Below, in pieces: positions 1 to 8,168 of a stretch of DNA of 11,575 nt. The notes under the pieces are model-generated. The model was not told the DNA's origin and made no database searches. It saw only the letters and a program-made list of their open reading frames with translations. Source of the stretch: Pseudobacteriovorax sp. (GTDB lineage: Bacteria; Bdellovibrionota_B; Oligoflexia; Oligoflexales; Oligoflexaceae); the NCBI GenBank assembly GCA_050293845.1, contig JBNKNM010000183.1:1-11575 (forward strand), written 5' to 3'. A program made the translations under genes and the position numbers. Each line of letters begins with the position of its first letter. Within the stretch, counting starts at the first letter, position 1.

Positions 1-635
1 TATGACCTATGCTCATAAGACAATGCAGTATATCTGGTTCAATCGCTACAAAATAAATTCCTCTAACAACCCCATCATAGATCCCTATTGTTCCGCTGCT
101 TGGCGCATCAATCCCCTAATCATCTCAAAAATTAACATTTCCAATGAGGAAAAGTTAACTCTAGCTAACCTTTTGGACTCTGATGATTATATATATCCCG
201 AAAAGATCATAAAATTTGTCAGGGATTTGATCAACTCTGCCATGGGAAGACTTATAGATCTAAACGATGCCTCTTTGATCCATGGTCATACTATTGGTGA
301 TAGAGAAGCAGTTAAATTCAGGGCTGAGCTGCTAAGCTGCTATCGCCGACTGAAAAGTCCGACCACATTTTACTAAGAATCCACCCTACACCAGAGGGTA
401 GGTGCGTCTAATCTGGAAGTCAGGGAGCAATTTCAGATAAATTAATAGACTAAGTTGAGATCTAGCTTTTATTTACTTTAGAAACGTTGATTTTTTGATG
501 CTTCTAAAGCCTCTTTCAAGGAAACTAACCTAAAACAAACTGTATTGGGAGTTTAAGTATTTTTTGGAGAACTTTTTTTCTTAATTTCATGGTTTTAACG
601 CTCCGTCCTCTCTCTCCTCTCTCTCCCCCCCTATT
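1..635 (+). mobile_element. Y1-transposase element copy A (3' part plus right end)
   Basis: 61-339 matches 9063-9341 (20 mismatches in 279 nt by hand count) and 296-604 matches 6591-6900. It ends in ACGCTCCGTCCTC(tc-stutter)CCCTATT at 598-635. Confidence 0.8.
2..376 (+). CDS. C-terminal half of a Y1/HUH (RAYT / IS200 TnpA-like) tyrosine transposase, 5' part outside the window
   Basis: YAHKTMQYIWFNRYK...NP..DPYCS resembles the RAYT 'YI-x-x-N-P...P-x-D-Y-x-W-SS' catalytic-Tyr region, and HGHTIGDREAV resembles the 'G-x-x-LG-x-x-x-F' tail. Copy B joins this C-terminus to a Y1_Tnp-like N-terminus. The ATG at 2 is probably internal. Confidence 0.7.
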   Translation: MTYAHKTMQYIWFNRYKINSSNNPIIDPYCSAAWRINPLIISKINISNEEKLTLANLLDSDDYIYPEKIIKFVRDLINSAMGRLIDLNDASLIHGHTIGDREAVKFRAELLSCYRRLKSPTTFY

Positions 636-744
636 GGAGAGCAGTCGCAGCTGCTTGAAGCATAAAATTCATCGAGCCTTTATTGAAATTAAATGATCAT
701 TCACCATAATCTTAGCAAACTAACGAATGAGTCGAGGAAGAATT

Positions 745-2214
745 ATGGATTATAAGACTAAAGTAGAATCTAATGAAAATTCGTTTCGCGGATCACGGCG
801 TACCTTTATGAAAGGAACGGCTGCAAGTTTAGCCTTCGGGTCTCTAGGTGCCAATAGCGCTAGCGCTTTAGCTAAAAGTGTTTTGGGAGAAAGCAAGCAC
901 CCCTTTTCCAAGAACTACGGCCCTCTTAGCCCCACAACAGATTTGGCCACGGGTCTTGATCTATTAGCTCTTCCTGAAGGATTCATTTACCAATCTTACG
1001 GTTGGACAGGGCAAACTATGTCCGATGGGCGACCAACTCCTACTGACCACGATGGAATGGCTGTGGTGTCGCGTCGAGGCAGTCGTATCTGTTTGGTACG
1101 TAATCATGAACTGTCTGCAGACGAAGGACCACGGTGTACTGTTCCAGGTGGGGAATACAATTTCAGGGAGTGGGGCGGCACTACTAGCCTTGTGTTCAAC
1201 CTAGAAACAGGTCGATTTGAAAAATCTTGGGTTTCTCTGGGCGGAACAATTAGAAACTGTGCGGGAGGTCCAACACCGTGGGGAAGCTGGTTATCTTGCG
1301 AGGAAACCTTCCACAAATGGAACGAACACGCTGATGCTATCAATCATGGCTATATATTCGAGGTGCCGGGTTTTGGAATCGCCACAGGTCAGCCTATTCG
1401 AGCTGCTGGACGTTTTAAACACGAGGCCGTTGCAGTAGATCCGGCTACATCCTTTGTTTATGAAACAGAAGATACAGGGGAGTCTGCCTTTTATAGATAT
1501 GTGCCGCCTGTAGGCGGCAATGGGTCTGGAGTAAGCTGCCAAAAGCTAGAAGATGGCGGTAAGCTTTACGCGATGGTTGTTAATAATACGCCACGCTTTG
1601 ATCTACGCGGTGGATTTATGCAAGGTGCAGAGTTTCAGGTGACCTGGCAGTTAGTAGAAGATCCTGAAGCTAAGGAAATGACGACCTTCCAATCAGCCAC
1701 TGACGCAGCCATCATTAGCCGTGGAGAAGGTTGCTGGGCAGACAAAGGCAAGATCTACTTTGTGTCTACCGATGGAGGTACGGCTAGATTGGGGCAAGTT
1801 TGGGCTTACGACCCTTTGTATGAAACCCTAACCTTAGTTTACGAATCAACACGAGCCAGTGATGTGGATGGCCCGGATAACATCGCCATCAGTCCAAGGG
1901 GTGGCGTGATCTTATGTGAAGATGGTGATTCCAATCCCAAACGACTGATTGGATTAGATAATGAAGGACGCACCTTTGAATTTGCAAAGAATAATATCCA
2001 ACTGAACCAATCAACGTTAACCTCTATCGGCAAACAGTTCCCAGGGGTAGCTGAAAATTTTTGGGATGAATTGAATGCAGATGGATCTATGAAGTCCTTT
2101 ATGGGACGGGAGTGGGCGGGAGCCACATTTTATGGTGAATGGCTATTTGTTAATATCCAGTCACCTGGGGTGACCTTCGCGATCACAGGACCCTGGAGTC
2201 GAGGCTTCCTATAA
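745..2214 (+). CDS. phoX: PhoX-family (DUF839) alkaline phosphatase, Tat-exported
   Basis: Twin-arginine SRRTFMK signal and motifs DHDGM, LVRNHE, NCAGGPTPWGSWLSCEE, GRFKHEA, RGEG, DGPDN, LCEDG, EWAGATF, NIQSPG. The SD GAGGAAG (734-740) favours the ATG at 745 over 727. Confidence 0.88.
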   Translation: MDYKTKVESNENSFRGSRRTFMKGTAASLAFGSLGANSASALAKSVLGESKHPFSKNYGPLSPTTDLATGLDLLALPEGFIYQSYGWTGQTMSDGRPTPTDHDGMAVVSRRGSRICLVRNHELSADEGPRCTVPGGEYNFREWGGTTSLVFNLETGRFEKSWVSLGGTIRNCAGGPTPWGSWLSCEETFHKWNEHADAINHGYIFEVPGFGIATGQPIRAAGRFKHEAVAVDPATSFVYETEDTGESAFYRYVPPVGGNGSGVSCQKLEDGGKLYAMVVNNTPRFDLRGGFMQGAEFQVTWQLVEDPEAKEMTTFQSATDAAIISRGEGCWADKGKIYFVSTDGGTARLGQVWAYDPLYETLTLVYESTRASDVDGPDNIAISPRGGVILCEDGDSNPKRLIGLDNEGRTFEFAKNNIQLNQSTLTSIGKQFPGVAENFWDELNADGSMKSFMGREWAGATFYGEWLFVNIQSPGVTFAITGPWSRGFL

Positions 2215-2276
2215 CCTTTTGTGAAGTAAACTACTCGGCCCTAAAGGACTGACTTTTACCCATAAATAGACAATAC

Positions 2277-2388
2277 GGCACTGGTGCGAACTTTTGTAAC
2301 ACACTAATATTATCACTCACATCAAAAGTAAAATTTACCATAAATTTAGATGGTTGAAAAAACTTAGTCAAAAGTTTGTACCAGTGCC
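2277..2388 (+). mobile_element. 112-bp MITE with 20-bp terminal inverted repeats, derived from the ISAs1-like element at 5082
   Basis: Left GGCACTGGTGCGAACTTTTG (2277-2296) and right CAAAAGTTTGTACCAGTGCC (2369-2388) are 18/20 inverted. 2277-2366 matches 5082-5171 (about 79/90). No clean target-site duplication. Confidence 0.8.
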
Positions 2389-2472
2389 AAATATCTTCCT
2401 TCCCTCGACGCTGAGAAATGTTTTACGATTGCGAGGACAAATAGGGCCTTTTTAAGACTGAAGATGAGATCT

Positions 2473-3837
2473 TTAGTTGCCCAAGAGCTGATAGGCGAGC
2501 TCCAGTAGATCTAAGTCTTTTCCAGGCTTTGATGCAAAGTGGCTTCCTAACGGAAGATCATTGATAGTTGTAAAAAGAGGAACGCTCATTGCCGGAGCGC
2601 CAGCAATATTATGAATGGCAGTATACCCCGCGAACTCAATGGTACGTTTTATGAGGAGCTCTGGATCTAGGCTAGGGGATAGATACCCCAACTCTCTAGC
2701 AGGATAGGGTTGTGTTGGGCAAAGAGTGATATCCACCTTATTCAGGTGATTGATAATAGCCGACTCTGTATCGATTAAAGTCTTTCCCAGTACTTGAAGG
2801 TACTCGGGATCAGTTTTCCGAAATAGATCTCTCACCCATAAGGTGAAAGGTTCAATATGATCTTCCCCTAAGCCTTGAGGAAGCATTTTAGCAACCATCT
2901 TTTCAAGAGTATCTATTGATGCTCCAGCAAATGTAAAAAATGCTCTACCAATAACTGCGGCATCTACTTTTGGTGAATCTATCTGGATCAGTTCATGGCC
3001 TAAATCTCGGCACCGCTCGATAGTTTTATTTAATACTGTCTCGGCTTCACTGGTAATCGGCTTCCCACTACTGGGACACGTATAGTATCCTATTTTAAAC
3101 TTTTTACCTATTGCCCCTTTCACAAATCCAACGGGAGGGTATAGAGCATTCCGATCCTTTCTTTCCGTAATGGATAAGAAGCACGCACTATCTCTCACAC
3201 TTTTAGTGATGCAATGATCCACCAGTAAAGATAAGGGGGATGGTTCTGGAACTGATATAGCATTGACACTTCGCCCTCGACTTGGTTTGAAACCAAATAA
3301 TCCATTTATGGATGCAGGAATGCGTATAGATCCTCCTCCGTCGTTTCCGTGTGCCATAGGTACGATTCCGGCTGAAACAGCAGCCGCAGCGCCACCGCTA
3401 GATCCACCAACGGATAATTTTTCGTCTAGAAAATGTCTTGTGGGTCCATGGAGTAGGGTTTCAGTACTTCCCAAAAGTCCAAATTCAGATGTTGTGGTTT
3501 TTCCAAAAGTGATAAGTCCTGATTTATCAATTTTGTCGATGTATTCAGGAGCATTCTTTGGAATATATTGGGCGAATAGTCGCGATCCCGCGGTAAAAGC
3601 CATGCCAGGATATGGGAGCAAATCCTTGATTAAAAAAGGCACACCTTGGAAGGGACCTTTAGGTATGTGCAACGCTTTTTCCCGTGCTAGGTCTAACTGG
3701 ATAGAACAAATGCCCGTACACGTCGGATCTAGTGCTTCAATTCTGGCGATAACAGCGTCTAGAAGTTCGAGGGGAGAAATTTCCCCGTCCTTAATTTTTT
3801 TTGCTTGCCCTATGGCATCTAACGAAAGGATGTTCAT
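2473..3837 (-). CDS. Amidase-signature family amidase
   Basis: GVPFLIKD (catalytic Lys), GKTTTSEFG, GGSSGGAAAAV, GNDGGGSIRIPAS (Ser-cisSer-Lys triad), GLFGFKPSRG. A GGAGG SD precedes the ATG at 3837, favouring it over 3882. Confidence 0.92.
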   Translation of the reverse strand: MNILSLDAIGQAKKIKDGEISPLELLDAVIARIEALDPTCTGICSIQLDLAREKALHIPKGPFQGVPFLIKDLLPYPGMAFTAGSRLFAQYIPKNAPEYIDKIDKSGLITFGKTTTSEFGLLGSTETLLHGPTRHFLDEKLSVGGSSGGAAAAVSAGIVPMAHGNDGGGSIRIPASINGLFGFKPSRGRSVNAISVPEPSPLSLLVDHCITKSVRDSACFLSITERKDRNALYPPVGFVKGAIGKKFKIGYYTCPSSGKPITSEAETVLNKTIERCRDLGHELIQIDSPKVDAAVIGRAFFTFAGASIDTLEKMVAKMLPQGLGEDHIEPFTLWVRDLFRKTDPEYLQVLGKTLIDTESAIINHLNKVDITLCPTQPYPARELGYLSPSLDPELLIKRTIEFAGYTAIHNIAGAPAMSVPLFTTINDLPLGSHFASKPGKDLDLLELAYQLLGN

Positions 3838-3958
3838 AATTGCCTCCGAAATATTGATTATTAGAAGACCGTTTCTGGTCATAATTCAATTTTCGGCGGG
3901 AAATCTAGTTTTGGGGTACTCCCCAGCTGCTATTCCTGTAGTCCTATTCTGCTATTAT

Positions 3959-4891
3959 TTATAAGATGTTTATTTTTCTCCATAACTCCTGAATAAAAGG
4001 GGATTTATCTGGAGTAAGGAGGTGATCGACCGTAGGGAAGTCTGATGGTTCGTACCCGCTGCGAGGCAACCAAACAGTGGCAAATTCAATATATTGGGGT
4101 AATACACTTTCTTGTGGTCCTTCGCAGGAACAAATCGCAAAGCGTCCACCAGGTATTTTTGTTTTGAGAAGAGGTAAATCTGCAAGTTCAGGAATTGCTT
4201 TTATGCAAGCATCGTAACGACAACGATGGGCCGGAAATAGTCCAGGGTGATCATGGCATATTGCAAAACGGTCAACCGCATCCAATGAGATATTCCTATC
4301 CTCTAACAGCCGTTGAATATAGATCCAAAGGTCTGTAATGGCATCAAGCTGATAACCACAATCACTAGTGAGAAAAAAGACCTCAAAGGGTTGAATTGTT
4401 ACGATGGTGACGCGTTCATCTACATACTTAAATCTACTATTTAGTTCCTCTATAGACGGTTTAGGGTTGGATGTAAAAATTTCTGACGGATTCATCTTTT
4501 TAAGATGCTTGGTTTGTAGTTTTCCAGGCTTTGAAGGTGGTGTAATTAAATATTGTTGCATTTCACTGGGACGAACTCCAAAGAAGCGATCAAATGCTTT
4601 AGAAAAATTTGAGAGCGAGGAATAACCGTATCGAAAGGCAATATCTGTCAAGTTAGTAGCACTACCATAGGCGATTTTTATAGCTGCGGTTTCTAACTTC
4701 TTTCGAGTTACATATTCACCAAAGGTTTCTCCCAATACTTCTTTAAAAACTCTTTGAAAATGATACTCGCTATAACAAGCTATCTTTGCGGCCTCAGGGG
4801 CTGTTATTATGGAATGAATGTTATCGCGAACATATTCAATAACTCTTTGTATTCTTTGGGCACTATCTAAATTGTTTTTAGATCTATTCAT
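3959..4891 (-). CDS. AraC-family regulator with C-terminal GyrI-like ligand-binding domain
   Basis: N-terminal AraC double HTH (ACYSEYHFQRVFK...LTDIAFRYGYSSLSNFSKAFDRFFG) and C-terminal HDHP..CRYDACI..IPGGRFA..WLPRSGY typical of GyrI-like domains. Confidence 0.9.
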   Translation of the reverse strand: MNRSKNNLDSAQRIQRVIEYVRDNIHSIITAPEAAKIACYSEYHFQRVFKEVLGETFGEYVTRKKLETAAIKIAYGSATNLTDIAFRYGYSSLSNFSKAFDRFFGVRPSEMQQYLITPPSKPGKLQTKHLKKMNPSEIFTSNPKPSIEELNSRFKYVDERVTIVTIQPFEVFFLTSDCGYQLDAITDLWIYIQRLLEDRNISLDAVDRFAICHDHPGLFPAHRCRYDACIKAIPELADLPLLKTKIPGGRFAICSCEGPQESVLPQYIEFATVWLPRSGYEPSDFPTVDHLLTPDKSPFIQELWRKINIL

Positions 4892-5081
4892 TTTATGTAT
4901 CCAAGCTCTGTAGTAGAAATACCAAGCAATCAGTCCTAACGATAAACCACCATAATTCTAGTTGAAGTTCATCGTAATTTCTACATTCTTACAAGTTTGC
5001 GACATATATAGTACATCTACCGGCTTTGCTGCAACTGATGGACAACGACGATGATAGTTCACACGTACCAGCTGCTTATGC

Positions 5082-5350
5082 GGCACAGGTGCATACTTTT
5101 GTAACATACTAATATTATTATCCGCATCAAAAGTAAAATTTACCGTAAATTTAGGTGGTTGAAAGAACTTAAATTATCTGATCTTTTTAAGCATGTGGAT
5201 AATCCAAGAAATAAACAAGGACTTATTTATCCCTTAGCCTTTATTTTAAATTGTGCTCAGTAAGCAATTCTTTGTGGTGCTTCTGGATTTAAGCAAATCG
5301 GTGAATGGATAAATGCTCAATCCTATTCACGGATACCGTTGAATTTGTAG
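5082..5350 (+). mobile_element. Truncated ISAs1-like insertion sequence (left end plus transposase 5' fragment)
   Basis: Begins with the TIR-like GGCACAGGTGCATACTTTTG shared with the MITE and is followed by a transposase N-terminal pseudogene. No right TIR seen. Confidence 0.7.
5159..5350 (+). pseudogene. ISAs1-family (DDE_Tnp_1-associated domain) transposase N-terminal fragment
   Basis: Hand translation LKELKLSDLFKHVDNPRNKQGLIYPLAFILNCAQ*AILCGASGFKQIGEWINAQ matches the 'F..V.DPR...G..Y.L..IL......A.LCGA.G...I.EW' pattern. In-frame TAA at 5261-5263. Absent from the ORF track. Confidence 0.75.
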
Positions 5351-5484
5351 CATCATAAGCCATTTTCCCAATCACAATTGTAGATAAACCATTGCCGATG
5401 TTAGATATAAAAACTGAAAGTGGGTAAATTAATCGATTTCTTGATTCAATTTTATAAAACATAATCTATCGAAATTTCCTAATT

Positions 5485-5928
5485 TCAGACCGTACGTTCG
5501 AATCTAATTGCGGGACAGTTTTCTTCATTCTCGGAACTTTCTTCCACCGCTTTGAATCCATGTTTTTTGTAAAAACTAGTGGCTCTATGATTTTCGGCAA
5601 ATGTCCAGAGTGTAAGGACTCCTTCTGATTTTTCTATTGCTGCTTCGAGGAGTTTTGACCCTAAACCTTGCCCAACTTGTTTTGGGGCAAGATAGAGATG
5701 CTCAATCCAGCCACTACCAAAGATAACAAAACCAGTTACAGAACCGTCCATGGCAAAAGCAACAATAATATGAAAATTTGGAGCTACCTCATTTTCAATA
5801 AATCTTTCGAAACTCTCCTTTGTGTACTTGTGTTCTATAAAAGGGAGAGTAAAGCGCCGACTTTCCTCCATAACATGACCAATTTCCTTGTAGTGTTCTT
5901 TTTGCGCGTCTTTCAAAACAAAATTCAT
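5485..5928 (-). CDS. GNAT-family N-acetyltransferase
   Basis: WIEHLYLAPKQVGQGLGSKLL (acetyl-CoA motif A) and LWTFAENHRATSFYKKHGF. Confidence 0.9.
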   Translation of the reverse strand: MNFVLKDAQKEHYKEIGHVMEESRRFTLPFIEHKYTKESFERFIENEVAPNFHIIVAFAMDGSVTGFVIFGSGWIEHLYLAPKQVGQGLGSKLLEAAIEKSEGVLTLWTFAENHRATSFYKKHGFKAVEESSENEENCPAIRFERTV

Positions 5929-5931
5929 AGT

Positions 5932-6213
5932 TTAATCCTTAATTTCTGATTCTAATTGGACAAGAGCTTGTTCTTCAATAGCCGTTGCCATCGACTGAAC
6001 TGTTGAGCATTCATATAGTTGCCAGAGACCTAATTCAATACCTAATATTTCTTGGACCCTGGACAATATCCTCGTTCCCAGGAGAGAGTGCCCGCCAATC
6101 TCAAAGAAATCGTCATGAATTCCAACTTGTTCTATAACTAAAAGGTCTCCCCAAATCTGACAAAGTGCTTCTTCAAGTTCGTTGGTCGGTGGTAAAAAGG
6201 TCCGAGTTTTCTG
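5932..6213 (-). pseudogene. 3' remnant of an NRPS: terminal peptidyl-carrier (phosphopantetheine-binding) domain
   Basis: PPTNELEEALCQIWGDLL..EQVGIHDDFFEIGGHSLL is the A-T linker plus PCP with the conserved Ser. The first ~68 codons of track ORF 5932-6417 look non-homologous and run into element copy B, so the 5' boundary is approximate. Confidence 0.78.
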
Positions 6214-6375
6214 CGAGATTTCACGGAAGATTTTGACGATAGATTCGTCAACACAACAAACTTTACAGCAGACTCTCCTTGGTTTGAGTACCGCCTTGAA
6301 AGTAATTATGGTTCTGTGAGTAGTAACGGCTATCTTTATAGTGGAACATCGAGACAAAATAGAATGTTTCTCTTG

Positions 6376-6984
6376 TTTCTCTGAACAGAGCGCTTCTACA
6401 TACGCAGCTCTATCCATTTAGGTCAGCGACAATCAATGTCACTGGAAACTAGTCCTAAAAACTGTCAATTTTACAATCATGTATTCAAGAAAGCAGATAT
6501 TGTCAGACAACTCATATTCCCATGTATTCTTCAGATGCCACAACAGGCAGTTTTTACTGAAACCTAGGCATGTGAAAGATTACCTTTTGCGGTGATCGAA
6601 AAGCAGTTAAATTTAGGGCTGAGCTAATAAGCTGCTATAGCCGACTGAGAAGTCCGACCACATTTTACTAAGAATCCACCCTACACCAGAGGATTGGTGC
6701 GTCTAATCGGGAAGTCAGGGAGCAATTTCAGATAAATTAATAGTCTAAGTTTAGATCTAGCTTTTATTCACTTTAGAAGCGTTGATTTTTTGATGCTTTC
6801 TAAAGGCTCTTTTAAGGACATGAGCCTAAAATAAATTGTATTGGGAATTTAAGTAGTTTTTGGATAACTTTTTTATTTAATTTCATGGGGTTAACGCTCC
6901 TTCCCCCCTCTTTCTCCCTCTTTGCTTAATACCATTACTTTGACGCTCCGTCCTCCCTATTTTCGTCCTCCCTCTTCTCCCTCT
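6376..6984 (+). mobile_element. Y1-transposase element copy B: non-autonomous, internally deleted, both ends retained
   Basis: 6376-6525 matches 11423-11575 (left end and gene start) and 6591-6900 matches 296-604 (gene end and 3' region). The right-end motif is repeated at 6894, 6939-6961 and partially at 6964-6984. Confidence 0.85.
6479..6671 (+). pseudogene. Internally deleted Y1 transposase (N-terminal 38 codons fused out of frame to the last 26 codons)
   Basis: 6479-6595 reads MYSRKQILSDNSYSHVFFRCHNRQFLLKPRHVKDYLLR*, resembling the Y1_Tnp start 'R..R....YHV..RGNNRQ.IF'. 6591-6671 reads GDRKAVKFRAELISCYSRLRSPTTFY*, matching the end of ORF 2-376. Confidence 0.8.
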
Positions 6985-7025
6985 AACAAGAAGGTCTGGG
7001 GACACCTAACAAAAGCATTAGGGAC

Positions 7026-7628
7026 CTATTTTTTTAGTGTTAGTTTCGATGCGGCATCGGTATAACGGTAGAGGTTTTCCACTTGAACTCCCTCGGGAAT
7101 CTTGAGGGTAATCTCGTTTGCGTTACCATCAACACCAATAAAAATTTCTTTCACATCTTTCTCAATGGAAATATTTACGATATCGTTGTTCCCATTCACG
7201 AAATTACAAAAACTACTGATAGCTTCCTCTGAATTGAGTTGTACATCCACCTGATTGCGATTGCCCTCAATCAGAACGATGCTATCACTATCAAGAAGGA
7301 TGGATTCATTGAGATTGTTCTCATTGAGCCGCACAGACCCTGTCCCCTCGTCATCGTCTTCTTCTTCGTCCATGCGACAGTTCTCTTTGATGAAGGGTGC
7401 ATCAACATCAATGATGTTAAAATCATAGCTTAGCTCCTGCTGCAATTCGCTATCAGAAGTCGGCGCATCCACAGGTGTAATTGGATTTGTCGAGCTAGCA
7501 TCATTGCTTATTCCTACTTGCTCTACGGTTTTTTGTCCTGTTTTTTTTTGATCTAACAAGCCATTCCCACAGGCTGCAATAGTCATCGTGAGGCCCATAG
7601 TTGTCATCATTTTAAAGATCGTTTTCAT
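7026..7628 (-). CDS. Putative lipoprotein of unknown function, acidic, with short (I/V)xGNxN beta-solenoid-like repeats
   Basis: Lipobox IAA-C at Cys20, SD AGGGG, and repeats IEGNRN, VNGNND, VDGNAN. Confidence 0.7.
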   Translation of the reverse strand: MKTIFKMMTTMGLTMTIAACGNGLLDQKKTGQKTVEQVGISNDASSTNPITPVDAPTSDSELQQELSYDFNIIDVDAPFIKENCRMDEEEDDDEGTGSVRLNENNLNESILLDSDSIVLIEGNRNQVDVQLNSEEAISSFCNFVNGNNDIVNISIEKDVKEIFIGVDGNANEITLKIPEGVQVENLYRYTDAASKLTLKK

Positions 7629-7764
7629 TTGTCATCCCCTCTAAATTGAACTTTGATTCGAGTGTTCCGTTTGAGTCTCATGTTCCATAGGCTCCAGGTC
7701 CTGTAACTCTTAATCCTCCGCTAGTGAAACTGTCCTCTAGTTCTTGACCTTACCTACATTAAAC

Positions 7765-7792
7765 GTTTCGGGTTCTATATCACTGAAATTGA
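7765..7792 (-). promoter_or_regulatory. Possible sigma28-like promoter for the lipoprotein gene
   Basis: Minus strand TCAA-N16-CCCGAAAC against consensus TAAA-N15-GCCGATAA; weak match only. Confidence 0.2.
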
Positions 7793-8168
7793 AAAGTATT
7801 TTCCCTGCCTTAATTTCAGTGTAAAATCAGCTAGTAACAGATGCACCAAACCAATTAATTAGCGTTCTATTTTTTAAACTAGCATTTTAAATTGTTTAGA
7901 ATCTATATTAAACTATGTAATATTAGATAGTTATGGTATTAGTTCACGTATGCGTTCTAGAAATGATTTTTTCCTTATTTTTTAATAATAACCATCATCC
8001 TAGAGCAAACCTTGTTAGGGCTGGCTTATCTCTGTCTAAACGTTAGTCACCATTTATGAGTTGTAATAATGCTTTGTATTTCCTCTTGGGCTTCAACTTG
8101 ATATTGTAGAGCCATAGCACAGCCACATCTATTATTCAAACCCAGGTGAGTGCTCAGGAAGAGTTACT

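Noticed and set aside
695..726. Pho box upstream of phoX
   Set aside because: TTCACCA/TTAGCA/CTAACG half-sites are degenerate and not at a clean 11-bp period.
2277..2296. IS6/IS26-family assignment from the GGCACTG terminus
   Set aside because: The linked transposase fragment at 5159-5350 has ISAs1-type N-terminal motifs, not IS6-type.
1104..4625. ORFs 1104-1343, 1217-1438, 1291-1542, 1839-2126, 3263-3964, 3970-4185 and 4404-4625
   Set aside because: Shadow or alternate-frame ORFs overlapping the well-supported phoX, amidase and AraC genes.
6214..6417. N-terminal part of ORF 5932-6417 as a real protein
   Set aside because: It starts inside element copy B on the antisense strand and has no NRPS-like features; only the PCP portion is credible.
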